Shown here piece after piece: positions 36,207 to 47,919 of a DNA stretch of 64,000 nucleotides. A program made the translations under genes and the position numbers. This stretch comes from Rebecca billardiae RCC1528. Its lineage: Eukaryota; Protista; Haptophyta. Positions within the stretch are counted from its first letter, which is position 1. Each line of letters opens with the position of its first letter. The DNA lies in NCBI GenBank assembly GCA_965240325.2, contig OZ251238.1, forward strand, positions 1,116,001 to 1,180,000. Direction: 5' to 3'. A model generated the notes under the pieces. It ran no database searches. It was not told where the DNA came from and worked only from the letters and a program-made list of their open reading frames with translations.

Positions 36207-38339
36207 ATGTTCAGCGTGAGCTCGCTGCATCTCTCGCGTGGGACGGTGCGCCCAGGCTACGGCCTGCGCGTCACCGTGCGCTGCCAGGACAACGCGGAGG
36301 AAGGCCAGCTGCCGCATCGGCTGCGCGCGCTGCGCATCGACGCCGCGGGCGGTGCGCTCGAGCGCGCGCCCGCTCGCATCCGGCTGGCGATGCAGCTCAT
36401 GATGCCGTACGCCGTGAGGCGGGTCGACGGGCTCGGCCCTTCGTCGGCCTTGCCGCGCGCGCGCGCGCACGGCGAGCGCGCCGAGCTTGAGCTCTCCTTC
36501 ATTCTCGGCGCGAAGCATCTGCCGTGCAGCATGGCGGACTCTGCGCTCGCGGAGATGGAGCCGGACTCGCCGTTTCTCGTGGAGCTGCTCTGCGCTGGCA
36601 CGGGCGAGGAGGACGGCGGAGCGACGGCGGGGAGCCAGCTCTTCGCCCGCGCGGCGACCACGGCGGGTCTGATCCGCGCATCCGTTGCCAGCGAGGGCCG
36701 CGCGTGCGCGCTCGCGCCGAGCACGCCTGCGCTGCTGCGGCTGGCGGCACGTCGGGACGGCTGGCGCGCGCGCTCGTCACGCTGGCTGGGCCGGCTTTGG
36801 TACGCGTGGCTGTGGGCACGGTGGTGTGCGCTGCCCGTCGCCTTCACCGCGCTGTGCTGGGCTGTCGTCCTGCCACCGTGGGAGCACCGGCTGACGACGC
36901 TGGCGCGCGCGCGCGGCCGCGGGCTGCTGCACGCCGCGCCGCGCGCCGCCGTCGGCGCCGACGCGGCCGGCTCTGCGGATGGCGGTGAAGGCGGCGGCGG
37001 GCTGCGCGGCTCGACGCTCGCGCACGTGCTGCCGCCCGTCCCCACCTCCATGCTCGCGGCCTTCGAGCTGGGCAAGCTGGCCGAGCAGCTGACAAACGCG
37101 CGCACGCCCACGGACCAGGCTGCCCTGCTGGCCGCCGCCGCGCCCCTCGTTGGTCGCGCGCCGGGCGAGGTGGCGGGCGGGCCGGCCGCGAGCCTGAGCG
37201 CCGCTGAGCTCTCGGCGGTGGGCGCGCGGCTGGCCGAGCTCGAGGCGCACGTGGGCGTGCTCGCGCGCGTGCGCGGCGCATTCACCTTTATCAACCTGTG
37301 CTGGCTGCTCGCCATTTGTGGCATCGCCGTGTCTGTCGGCCCCACGGCGTGGCACCTGCTGCGGCCGTTCCGCCGCTGGCTGCGGCGTGTCGCGCGCTGG
37401 CTCGTGCGCAACGTGCTCGAGCCCGTCGTGGAGCGCGCGCACCGCTGGGGCGTGCTCGAGGCGCTCGCGTGGGCGGGCGTGGCCGCGCTCGTCGTTGACG
37501 CCGCCACGGCCTTCTCGCGCGAGACCGGCCTCTATGTGGCGCTGTGTGGGGTCGCGCTCGCGGCCGGGCCGTGCTGCTCCTATTCGACGGTGGCTGCGCT
37601 GTGGAGTCGGGGCGGGCCGCTCAGCGTGCCGCTGGGCCCCGCGGGGCGCGAGCTGATCACGCGGCTGCTGAGCGGCTGGCTCTGCTGCACGCTCGCGCCG
37701 CTCGCGCTGCGCTTCGACTCCAGGCTCCTAGGCTACCTGACCGTTTTTGCCGCGTTCTCATTGATTGGCTTCTCGGCGACGTGCCGCGGGCTGTGCTGGG
37801 TCGTCGGCTTCTCGTCGCAGCGCGCGATGGAGCGCGTGGCCGCGACGAGCGCTCTGCTGCTGAGCGCGTTCGTCGGCGCGCGCGAGCTGGGCGTGGGGCT
37901 GCTGGGCGTACCGGCGGCGCAGGCGCAACGGCTCGCGGCACCGTTTGCGTCCGCCGTCGCCGTCGTCGGCGCGCTAACTCTTCACCTTGCGCTTCTGATC
38001 ATCTCGAGCCGTTACTACCGCGACGAGCGTCGTGACGAGGACTCGTCGCTCGCGCGGCGCGGCGGCAGGTGGCCATCGCCGTACGCGCGGCGCAACGCCC
38101 TCGCCGCCGGCGCCATTGCGCTCGGCGTGCTCAGCGGCGCGCTGAGTGGCTCGGCGGGTCTATGCAACACGAGTGTCGTGTTCGGCGTGCTCTGGCTCGT
38201 CGAGAAGTACACGGAGCTGCACCTGGAGAACGGGTGGCACGGGTGGACGCTCGTGTTCGCCCTCTCGCTCGGCGTGTACCGCGCGAGCCTGTGGCTGCAC
38301 GACCACCCGCTCTTCGTGGCAAGCCTGTTCGAGCCGTGA
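36207..38339 (+). CDS. Intronless multi-pass membrane protein of unknown function (710 aa)
   Basis: Long ORF with about 10 or more hydrophobic helices in the C-terminal half and a soluble N-terminal region. Confidence 0.7.
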   Translation: MFSVSSLHLSRGTVRPGYGLRVTVRCQDNAEEGQLPHRLRALRIDAAGGALERAPARIRLAMQLMMPYAVRRVDGLGPSSALPRARAHGERAELELSFILGAKHLPCSMADSALAEMEPDSPFLVELLCAGTGEEDGGATAGSQLFARAATTAGLIRASVASEGRACALAPSTPALLRLAARRDGWRARSSRWLGRLWYAWLWARWCALPVAFTALCWAVVLPPWEHRLTTLARARGRGLLHAAPRAAVGADAAGSADGGEGGGGLRGSTLAHVLPPVPTSMLAAFELGKLAEQLTNARTPTDQAALLAAAAPLVGRAPGEVAGGPAASLSAAELSAVGARLAELEAHVGVLARVRGAFTFINLCWLLAICGIAVSVGPTAWHLLRPFRRWLRRVARWLVRNVLEPVVERAHRWGVLEALAWAGVAALVVDAATAFSRETGLYVALCGVALAAGPCCSYSTVAALWSRGGPLSVPLGPAGRELITRLLSGWLCCTLAPLALRFDSRLLGYLTVFAAFSLIGFSATCRGLCWVVGFSSQRAMERVAATSALLLSAFVGARELGVGLLGVPAAQAQRLAAPFASAVAVVGALTLHLALLIISSRYYRDERRDEDSSLARRGGRWPSPYARRNALAAGAIALGVLSGALSGSAGLCNTSVVFGVLWLVEKYTELHLENGWHGWTLVFALSLGVYRASLWLHDHPLFVASLFEP

Positions 38340-38715
38340 GGGGCTGAGGGCATGCCAACATCGGAGTCCAGACCCCTTCTAGGATTGAAGACACCGGCAC
38401 CGCCGAGCCTCCAGTCTCCCTTGCGGGGGCCACCATCGTGGTCGCGCGCGATTCTCGCGAGATCACCGTTACGACCTGCGAGCTCGCGCAAAATCCTCGA
38501 CAGCCGATGCCGTTTTCTGTCCGAGGACTTCGACCGTGCCGCCCGAGCGGTCGTCAAGACCAATAACGACAGTCAGACTTCAGATTCAGAGTCCGGCCTC
38601 GCAGATTCCGATGATTGCGCGAAAGCTCGATATGAGCGCTCCAGACCTGCGAAACTCGCTGTGGCTCCCGAGGAGCGAGAAGGCGCACCCGGCCCTCGGC
38701 ATCGGGCCACGCGCA

Positions 38716-40916
38716 ATGTTCGCCGCACGGGCGACCCCACGCGCGGTGAGTGGAGGCCGCGGCGCGCGTGCCGATCGCCCAGACCCGCCTCTGCGCCTCT
38801 GCGCCAGAGTCCACGCGCCGCACCGACCCGTGCTTCCGGCCCCGTGCGCGCGCGCGCGCGCGCACGCGCGCGCATCGGGCGATGCGCGCAGGCCGCTCGG
38901 CGAGCGCTGCGTGTGTTCAGCTCACAGCCCGAGGTGAAGAGGCGGGACGGCACAGTTGCGGCGCTCTCGAAGACGCGCGGATTCATCGAGTACGAGCGCA
39001 ACCCTGAGCCGTACCGCCCGCCCGCCGAGCGGCTGCAGGACTGGGCTGAGATCAACCTGCAAGCGCCGTCCGCGGATCGCGAGGAGCTGAAGCGGCAGAC
39101 GGCTCGGTGCATGGACTGCGGCACGCCATTCTGCCAGACGAACACGGGCTGCCCCATCCACAACCTCATCCCCGAGTTCAACTCGCTCGTGTACGAGGGC
39201 CGCTGGAAGGACGCGTACCACAACCTCGCGAGCACGAACAACTTTCCCGAGTTCACCGGCCGCGTGTGTCCTGCGCCGTGCGAGGGCGCGTGCGTGGCGG
39301 GGCTGATCGACTCGGCGGTGACGATCAAGAACGTCGAGTACGCGATCATCGAAAAGGCCTTCCGCGAGGGCTGGGTCGTCCCGCAGCCGCCGCCGAGCCG
39401 CTCGGGCAAGACAGTCGCGGTGATTGGCTCGGGGCCGGCGGGGCTTGCGGCGGCGGACATGCTGAACCGCAAGGGGCACACCGTGACGGTGTACGAGCGC
39501 GACGAGAAGGCGGGCGGCCTGCTGATGTACGGCATCCCGAACATGAAGCTCGAGAAGGACAAGGTCCAGCGGAGGTGCCGCGCACGCGCCGCGCCGCCCC
39601 GCCCGCCGCCGCGGCGAGCGCCGCCCCGCGCCTCCGCCCACGCAGCGCGCGCTCACCGGCGGCCGCGCCCGCCGCGCCGCGCCGCGCAGGCTGGACCTGC
39701 TCGAGGCTGAGGGCATTCAGTTCAAATGCGGCGTGGAGGTGGGCATCGACATGAGCGCCGCCGAGATCAAGGCGCAGCACGACGCCGTCCTGCTCACCAC
39801 CGGCTCGACGCTGCCCAACGACCTGCGGATCCCCGGCCGCGAGCTTGACGGTGTGCACTTTGCAATGGACTTTTTGCGAAAGAATCAGTACTGGCTGTTC
39901 ACCGACCGCGAGGGGAAGCTCAAGTCGAAGTGGACGGGCGAGAAGATCGACGCGAAGGGCAAGCACGTCGTCGTGATCGGCGGCGGCGACACCGGCACCG
40001 ACTGCATCGCCACCTCGCTCCGCCACCACTGCGAGTCGATGGTCAACTTTGAGCTGTTCCCGCGCCCGCCCGACCAGCGCGCGCAGCACAACCCGTGGCC
40101 GGCGTGGCCGCGCATCTACCGCACGGACTACGGGCACGAGGAGGCCGCGCACGTCCAGGGCAACGACCCACGGTGCGTGCGCGTGCGCGCGCGCGCGCGC
40201 GCGGCCGCGGCCGCGGCCGCGGCCGGGCGGCCGCCTGGGGCCGCGGTCGCGCCGCGGGGGCAGCGGCGCGCGCGCGCGCGGGGCGCGGTGCGCGCGAGTG
40301 CTCACGCTTTGCCCGCCTCCGCGCGCGCTGCTGCCGCCGCTGCTTCGGCTACCGCCGCCGCCGCCGCCGCCGCCGCCGCCTGCGTCGACGTCGTCCGCGC
40401 AGCGAGTTCTCGATCCTCTCGAAGGAGTTCATCGGCGACGAGTCGGGCAAGCTCAAGGCGATCAAGACCGTCAACATCCGCGTCGAGGGCGGCCGCTTGG
40501 TCGAAATCGAAGGCACGGAGAAAGAATGGCCGTGTGACCTGTGCATCCTGGCGATGGGCTTCAAGAGCCCGGAGGGCACGGTGCCGTCGCAGCTCTCGCT
40601 CGAGCTGGACCAGCGCAACAACGTCAAGGCCAAGTACGGCGAGTACGCCACGTCGGCGGAGGGCATCTTTGCCGCGGGCGACTGCCGACGCGGCCAGGTG
40701 CGTGCGTCCGCGCGCCGCGTGCGACCACGGGGGCACGCGAGCGCTGCTGCGCGTGGTGGCAGCCGCGCGCGCGCCGGACGCCCGCGCTCACGCGCCGCGT
40801 GCGCCTTGCGCCGTGACCGCCGCCGCCGCCAATGCCGCCAGTCGCTCGTCGTGTGGGCCATCAACGAGGGCCGCGAGTCTGCGGAGAAGGTGCACCGCTA
40901 CCTTGCAGCCAAGTAA
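38716..40916 (+). CDS. gltD: Glutamate synthase NAD(P)H small (beta) subunit with mitochondrial-type presequence; introns 38746-38891, 39575-39689, 40173-40402, 40698-40841
   Basis: [77 protein letters not shown]. Confidence 0.93.
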
Positions 40917-41546
40917 GCGCTCCCCCATCACGCGCGGCTGCCTGCCGCCACACGGCCGCACGGTGCGCGGCGCGCGACTGCAGGCGGCGCGCGCGCCCGC
41001 GCCCGCCGGCCGAGCTCGCTCGCGCACGCCGGCGGCGGCGAGCGGCGAGCGCTGATCATCGGCGCTGCTGCTGCGGGCCGCCGCCGCCGTGCCGGCCGTC
41101 CCCGTGTGCAGGGACGAGTCGGTCGCCGAGTCGCACATGCGCAAGATGTACTCAAGCCTGCGCGGCGGGTACGACGAGACCGCCAACTCCAAGGGCAAGC
41201 GGCGCAGCAAGTCGAAGAGGCACATGTGACGGGGCTCGTGTGCCCGAGCGAAGGAGGGGTGCCCCGATGGTGACGGGGGTGACCGATGGCGTGCGCGCGC
41301 GCAGCGCCGTTGGTCCAGGACCTGCAGGACCAGACTCGGAGCCCGTCGGAGGGAGGGCCGGCAGCTGGCACTGGCAGCCGCCGCTTGAATTGATCGCGAG
41401 CTGATGACGCGGACTGAGGCACGACGGCGGACGGGATCGGATCGCCTTGGCTCAGATTGATGCTATATATATACGTGTACGTAGTCGCGTCATCATGCCA
41501 AGCTCTATAGGCCTCTAGCAGTAGACATATCATCGGTGCGGCGCTG

Positions 41547-43151
41547 CTACCGCCGCCGCGGCCTGCTCATGCTGCTCGCTGCAGAGTCGCTGCCATCGTG
41601 AGTATCGTGACGATTCATCTCGCGCACGAACGCGGACAGCCCGCGCATCGCCTCGCCCAGGTCTTGCACGACGCTGAGCCGCACGCCGTGACGCGCGCAC
41701 AGCTCGGCATAGCGCGCGTAGATGCGCGGATAGTGGCACGAGCACACCATCGGCAGCGTGTGGTGCAGGCTCTGCGAGTTGAGGCCGGCGGAGAGCGCGG
41801 TCCACACGCGCGAGCCGACCGAGTAGTCAAGCGCCGTCTCCGCCTGGCGCGCCCACCAGCAGCTCGCGCTGAGCGGCTGCGCGGACGGGTCGGCGGCGCC
41901 CGGCGCGCCCGGCTCCGCGCACGGCGGCACCTGGCACTCGCTCTGGATGTGCGAGACCTGCGTCATCACCGTCCAGATGATCGACATGCCCACGAACGGC
42001 CACGCGCTCAGGAACAGCGCACGCGCGGGCGCGGACGCGCCGAAAGCGACGAGAGGGTAGAGCAGTGCGACGAGCGAGGGCGCGACGGAGAGCGCGAGCT
42101 GCGCCTGGCTCACGCTGGACGGCACGGGCGTGATGTTCTCGCCGAAGTTCGGCGTCTGCCAGCCGCACAGCGCGCGCAGCGGCTGCAGCAGCGAGGTGCC
42201 GAGGGTACTCAGGCAGCCCTTGAGAACAAACTGCCCGTAACCCCTCGTGCCGAGGAACGCCGCGGCATCCTCGGCCTTGGCGGCGGTGGGCTGCGCGCCC
42301 GCGCGCGCGCCGTCCTCGGCCCCCACCGGCCGCGAGAGCCGGACGGGCGCGAACAGGTGCACGTCCACGTCCAGCCGCTCGTCATTCGTGAACTGGTGGT
42401 GCGAGGTGAGGTGCTCCGGAATCCAGCAGAAAACATTAAACATCAGCGGGTGCGCGGTGAACTGGAGCGCGTAGTTGAGCCACGGGCGCGTGGAGAGGTT
42501 GCTGTGCGTGGCCTCGTGGCACGTGAGCGCGGCGAGCAGCCACTGCGCCAGCGGCAGCGCGCACGCCGCCGCGACCGAGCCGTGCGCCCAGCCGAGCCAG
42601 CATGCGCCCGCGAGCGCCGCCGCCGCGCCGATCTGCGCCCAGTGCGCCGCGGTCGCCTTGGTGGACTCGACCGTGGGGAATTCCTCGTCGACGAGGCGCT
42701 GCAGGTCGCGCGTGAACGCGCTCGGCCGCAGCACGGGCGCGGGCGGCACGCCGTCCTCCGCCGCCGGCGCGCCCGCCAGCGCGGTCTCGCGCTCAAAAAC
42801 GAAAGGTCGCTCAATGCCCGCCACGCCGTCGGCCGGCTCGATCCGGGGGAGCTTGGCGAGGACGGCGTGGCTCGTGCTGGAGGAGCGCAGGTGGATCGAG
42901 TGGAACAGCGCGGTCACGTCCTTGCCGCGCGAGTACTCGAGCAGCCACGCGCCGCCCGGGTGGCGGCTCGCCCACTCGCCCACGTCGTACCACTCGCCAT
43001 CGATGCGGACGGGCAGCGGCGTGTGGCCCTCGCGAGACGCGGCGCGAGCGTGCAGCGCGGGGCGACGTGCGACGGGTGGGGCGCCTGTGCTGAGCGCCGC
43101 GCCGCCTGTGGCGAGAGTCGCCAGCGCGAGCCACGCGCGAGGGGAGGCCAT
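41547..43151 (-). CDS. Front-end fatty acid desaturase with N-terminal cytochrome b5 domain
   Basis: HPGG heme motif; His boxes HEATH, HLTSHH and QSLHH (Q-type third box); signal+transit-like N-terminus. Confidence 0.88.
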   Translation of the reverse strand: MASPRAWLALATLATGGAALSTGAPPVARRPALHARAASREGHTPLPVRIDGEWYDVGEWASRHPGGAWLLEYSRGKDVTALFHSIHLRSSSTSHAVLAKLPRIEPADGVAGIERPFVFERETALAGAPAAEDGVPPAPVLRPSAFTRDLQRLVDEEFPTVESTKATAAHWAQIGAAAALAGACWLGWAHGSVAAACALPLAQWLLAALTCHEATHSNLSTRPWLNYALQFTAHPLMFNVFCWIPEHLTSHHQFTNDERLDVDVHLFAPVRLSRPVGAEDGARAGAQPTAAKAEDAAAFLGTRGYGQFVLKGCLSTLGTSLLQPLRALCGWQTPNFGENITPVPSSVSQAQLALSVAPSLVALLYPLVAFGASAPARALFLSAWPFVGMSIIWTVMTQVSHIQSECQVPPCAEPGAPGAADPSAQPLSASCWWARQAETALDYSVGSRVWTALSAGLNSQSLHHTLPMVCSCHYPRIYARYAELCARHGVRLSVVQDLGEAMRGLSAFVREMNRHDTHDGSDSAASSMSRPRRR

Positions 43152-43279
43152 GACGTCGTGACCGAAGATGCGACGCCCGTGCCCGAATCCGCGCAGTCGC
43201 GCGCAGTTTCGTCAGCAGAAAACAATTGTGTTCAGCAATTCTGCTCACGCAAACGAGAAGGAACTCGCAGGCGATCAGC

Positions 43280-43990
43280 ATGCCCGCATCGTACCAACGG
43301 CAGGTCGACCGTCAGCCCGGCCCGCCCGCCGTAGTCGGCGTGGTGCAGCCGCACGCACTCGGGCCCGAGCACCAGCTCCTCGTCGGCCGGAAGGGCGAGA
43401 AGGTCCTCGAGCACAAGGCCGCGGCCTCCGACGCCATCGCCGTGCTCTCCGGCTTTGTGCTCGCGTTTGCGTTGCAGCAACTTCTTGAAGTCGATGTGTC
43501 CGAGTATGCGTCTCGCGCGCTCGGCTCGGCGCACACGCTCGCGATGTGCATCAGCGCGGCGAGCGGGATGCACTGCGTGCTCTGCCTCACCTTCCTCTCC
43601 GCCAAGCTGCGCCGTCTGATCGGCCGCTCCGTCCTTCGCTTCGGCGAGCCGGACGTCACGGCGGCGGCGCTGAGCGTGCTCTATGGGCAGGACGGCCTCT
43701 CGCAAATGCTGGCCGAGCGCGAGGTTACCGACCGATGGATCCCGTACCGCTTCCACGCGCAGGCGTGGTACTCAGGCAACGGCACGCAGCCGGCTGGCGC
43801 CGCCCATTTCCAGTCGGCGCTGCTAGCGTTCCCCCTCCAGCTGCTCTCATTTACGGCGGCTGTGCTCGTGCAGCTGTGGGACCGCACGGACGCTTGGGCG
43901 GCGGCGATCGCGACCGTAGTCCTCACACTCGTGCCCATCGCGACGCTGGCCCAGCTCTACAGGACTGGCGCGGTGCTCGACCTAGTGTAG
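43280..43990 (+). CDS. Small four-TM membrane protein of unknown function
   Basis: ATG at 43280 in ORF 43226..43990; two pairs of hydrophobic helices. Confidence 0.65.
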   Translation: MPASYQRQVDRQPGPPAVVGVVQPHALGPEHQLLVGRKGEKVLEHKAAASDAIAVLSGFVLAFALQQLLEVDVSEYASRALGSAHTLAMCISAASGMHCVLCLTFLSAKLRRLIGRSVLRFGEPDVTAAALSVLYGQDGLSQMLAEREVTDRWIPYRFHAQAWYSGNGTQPAGAAHFQSALLAFPLQLLSFTAAVLVQLWDRTDAWAAAIATVVLTLVPIATLAQLYRTGAVLDLV

Positions 43991-44400
43991 CGTCGCGGAC
44001 CATGATGATCCGCGACGAGCGCGGAGGCGGACCGGGCGGCGCAGACCGCGGCGGATTGGCGTCGGCGGCCCGGCGGACGGCGCCACGGCGGACCGGCGGT
44101 GACGGCGGATACCGCGGACAATATCATCCGTCCGCGGCCCGATCGGCCGCCGAGTAGTCCCCGCCGACGAGCACTGCTCACGGACTGTCGGACACCGGAG
44201 TGTCAGGCTCTGGCTCCGGTTGATGCGACCCCTGCCAGTCCGGTCCGATAGAATTAGACGAAACCGGGCGTACCGAAAATAAGGATCTTCGCATTCCTGC
44301 GGCCGAATGAACGCCCGAAGTGTCCCACAGGGCCCCAAGTAGGGTTGCTATGGATGGCCAATAAGTGCCCAGGGTGTGAAACTCGTCAGTTTGTGACTAC

Positions 44401-44567
44401 TTCAGACTCTATAAGACGTACTCTATTTTCATAGCTAGCTATTTACCCAGTCCGGTGACACATTTCCAATAGCTACGGGTGCATCCGGATCGCTTGACCC
44501 GGACCGTGTTCTGGCCAGAGTCTGAAATGGGTAAATACATAGTAAAAATAGAGTCTGAACTATAGAG
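44401..44567. repeat. Degenerate AT-rich inverted repeat (possible old foldback MITE)
   Basis: TTCAGACTCTAT (44401) pairs with ATAGAGTCTGAA (44548); TATTTACCCA (44440) pairs with TGGGTAAATA (44528). Confidence 0.55.
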
Positions 44568-45439
44568 GATTTAAAAGTGCTTATGTTGGCCCAATATCGC
44601 TCGTCTGAAGTCATCATCTAGGCATCCATTGAGGTCCTCCTGTGCAGTTTTCACGAGTGACTTCATGAAGGAGCTCACAGACAGTGCCCGTCTCTGGCAG
44701 GGGTCAACCGAAGCCTCAAGCCAGAGCCATCAGCCATCGTCATGATCATCACTCTCCGGGCATTGACGTTCACTGGCCCATGCTGCCAGTGCCACTCACG
44801 TCAGTATTGAGTATAGTCGTCACGGATTGTAAAATAACGGCGGCGACGGTATAGTCAGCCGCGAACTCGTATAGATCATCAGCATCAGATTCAGACTAAA
44901 TCAGATGAGTACTCTGAGTAGTCCGACGATCTGAGTACGTCCATAATGGACGAATGGTACCGTCGCCATGCGACTGCTGCGCAGTATAACTACTATATAT
45001 ATATATGTATGTCAATATATATATATATATATACTCTACTATTGTGCTTGTCCGATGCTGCCACGTCGTTAAATATATACTACACTCAATCTCATTCAAT
45101 GATTTAACGACACAGGTAGGACGACGCGGGTCTCCTGATTCGTCGGCGGCAGTGCCCGATTACTCAGAAGTAACCGAAGTAGCAGCTTGAGGCTGCTTTA
45201 GCGCAAGCTTGTAAGTAGGCTCCGCTTACGCCTAGCTACGAGTCGGCTACGACGGCTAATATACCACTATCAGTATAGCTGCCGTGTCTAAGTGAGTTGA
45301 GCAGCACGGCATCAGCAGCGCGCATACGGCGCGCGCCTTTACATACGGCGACAGCCACAGGCGGTCTGAGACTACAGAGTACAGACTCACGCACCGGAAG
45401 CCTTAGCCCGTGGCCCCGTGCTGTCTGCTGACGGACCGC

Positions 45440-45620
<181 letters not shown>

Positions 45621-45897
45621 CAGCAGTTATATCGTCATCAATTATAGCAGGCGCAGCCGGCGCAGCAGTACTAAGTCTGTGGCTTAAGTAAGTTCGTACT
45701 AGCAGCAGCAGCAGTCAAATAATACACAGCACCGGACGCTCCCCATGCTGAGGCATGCTCGGGCACCATCGATCATGAGTCTGCTGATGACTACGACGGA
45801 GCCCGCGGGGCGCGGCCGGCCGCCCGCGGCCCGGTGCCGCGGGTGCGCGTTGCAGCGCGCGGCGCGGCGGGCGCCTCATGCCCTCATGCTGCCAGGC

Positions 45898-47919
45898 TCA
45901 GACGAAGAGGAGGCGCTTCCACCTGCAGTACAGGATGATGAGGACGAAGACGACGGCCGAGGCCGCCGCGCCCGTGGACACCACCGTCCAGAAGTACTCC
46001 GGCCCGGGCGCGTCCTTCCCCTCCGGCAGCTCGTCGTCGGGCACGAACTGGATATTCATGCCGAACACGGCGCCGACCGCCGCGTACACGCCGATGCACA
46101 GCGCGCCAATGGTGAGCAGCAGCTCGAGCTGGATGAGCTGGTTGCGGTGCGCGTCGAGCTCGATGTTGACGTAGTCCTCCGCGTTCTCCATGTACTCCCG
46201 CAGCTCGTCCAGCTTCTTCGCCGCGCCGTCGAGCTGCTCGAAGTACGTCTCGACCATGTTCTCGAGGACTTCCACCGCCTCGCGGTCGAGCAGCTCGTAC
46301 GAAGATTTGCGAAGCATCTCGGCGGGGCTGAGCATGGGCGAGGCGCGCGCGGAGTTGAGCGAGGTGCGCGAGGTGGAGGTGCGCGGGCCGAGGCCGCCGC
46401 CGCCGCCGCTGCCCCCGTCCATCTCGAGCTCCTTCTCCATCTGCGCCTTCCGCTTGCGCGTGAGGCACATGTCGAGCAGCTCCATGTCGTTGTCGAGAAG
46501 CTTCTCGAGCTCGTCGTGCACATTCTCAACCTTCTTGTCCAGCCGCGCGAGGGCGGTCTTCATCTTGCGCGCGGTCTCGAGGTGGAGGCGCGAGACGCCG
46601 TGGGTCAGCCGGTCGAAGATCGGCGTGGCGGCGAGCACCAGCGCGTCCACCTCCGAGCACAGCTTGTCGATCACCTCGACGAGGCACGTCTCGAGCGCGC
46701 GCAGCTCAAACGGGACGGGTGTCTCCGGCTCCGCGATCGGGAGCGGCGGCGGCGGCGGCGGCTCGGGGACGCTCGCGGGCGCGGCGGCGGCGGCGGCGGC
46801 GGCGGGCTCGGTCGCCGGGATGCCGGCGGCCGCGGCGCTCCCCACGCTGCCGCCTATCATGCCGCCGGCGGCGGCGCCGGCGACGCCGGCGGCGGCGCCG
46901 GCGACGCCGGCGACACGGCCAATCAGCGGCTGTGAGCCCGCGCGCCCCGGCTTGCGCAGTCTGAATCCCGGCCCGGAGCTGCCGCCCTTGTCGGGCTTGT
47001 CGGGCTTGTCGGGCTTGTCGTGCGGCGGCTTGGGCTGGGCGCCGTGCTTCGAGTCGTGCCCGTGCGCGCCGCCCTTCTTCTGCTGCAGCGCCGGCGGCAG
47101 CTGCGGGATGATACCGTCGATGCCGCGGCCGGACGGCGTCGTGCGCGGCTTGGGAGCGTAGCCGTCGGTCGTGCGCGAGTGGAGCGCCTGCAGCATCGCC
47201 TGCACGGCGAGGGGCATGGGCTTGTTCGCCTCGGCGGGGTTGGGCCCGCGGCGCATGCGCGACTCCAGCTTCGACGAGAAGTTGAGGAACGACGGCGTGT
47301 CGTGCATCAGGATCAGCATGAAGTCGGCCGTGATGATCGCCTTCACATACTCCATGTTGACAACGAGCGCGCGCTCGCGGATCATGATGGACGACGGGTA
47401 CGCGAGCGTGGGGTCCATCACGCGCAGGTCGCGCGGGGGCACGCCGGTGAGCCGGCGAACCTGGTGCTTGTCGATCACCGCCTCTCGCCGCCCGCCAAAG
47501 TCGTCGAAGCAGATCCACGACATCGGGCGCGACTTGGCGCGGCGCGAGTGCACGGTCGGCAGCAGCGCGGTGTTCTCCTTGAACACGTCGAAGTCGGCGG
47601 GCGGGGGCGCGGCGAAGTTGGCGCCGCGCATGCTCTCTTCCGCGTGAGGCGCGTCCCGCCCCGTGCCGCCGCGCGACTCCATCGCCTCCTCGTACTCAAC
47701 ATACTCACGTTGCTCCGTGTAATCCGCATAGGATGCTGCGTACGATCTGTCCGAGCTGCCGTCCTCGTCGTCCGGCCGGGGGTCGCGGCCCGGCGAGGGC
47801 GGCACGTGCGGGGAGATATCCACGAGCGCCAGCCCGCCGGACGCGGAGGGGTGCTGCTCGCCCCCCTCCATCGCCTCGTCCTGTACCCGGTCGTACGAAG
47901 CCGACTTTCCGATCTCCAT
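45898..47919 (-). CDS. MRS2: MRS2/CorA-family magnesium transporter
   Basis: RDLRVMDP..YPSSIMIRERALVVNMEYVKAIITAD, PFELRALE, EDYVNIELDAHRNQLIQLEL, GMN motif (AVFGMN) between two C-terminal TMs. Confidence 0.92.
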   Translation of the reverse strand: MEIGKSASYDRVQDEAMEGGEQHPSASGGLALVDISPHVPPSPGRDPRPDDEDGSSDRSYAASYADYTEQREYVEYEEAMESRGGTGRDAPHAEESMRGANFAAPPPADFDVFKENTALLPTVHSRRAKSRPMSWICFDDFGGRREAVIDKHQVRRLTGVPPRDLRVMDPTLAYPSSIMIRERALVVNMEYVKAIITADFMLILMHDTPSFLNFSSKLESRMRRGPNPAEANKPMPLAVQAMLQALHSRTTDGYAPKPRTTPSGRGIDGIIPQLPPALQQKKGGAHGHDSKHGAQPKPPHDKPDKPDKPDKGGSSGPGFRLRKPGRAGSQPLIGRVAGVAGAAAGVAGAAAGGMIGGSVGSAAAAGIPATEPAAAAAAAAPASVPEPPPPPPLPIAEPETPVPFELRALETCLVEVIDKLCSEVDALVLAATPIFDRLTHGVSRLHLETARKMKTALARLDKKVENVHDELEKLLDNDMELLDMCLTRKRKAQMEKELEMDGGSGGGGGLGPRTSTSRTSLNSARASPMLSPAEMLRKSSYELLDREAVEVLENMVETYFEQLDGAAKKLDELREYMENAEDYVNIELDAHRNQLIQLELLLTIGALCIGVYAAVGAVFGMNIQFVPDDELPEGKDAPGPEYFWTVVSTGAAASAVVFVLIILYCRWKRLLFV

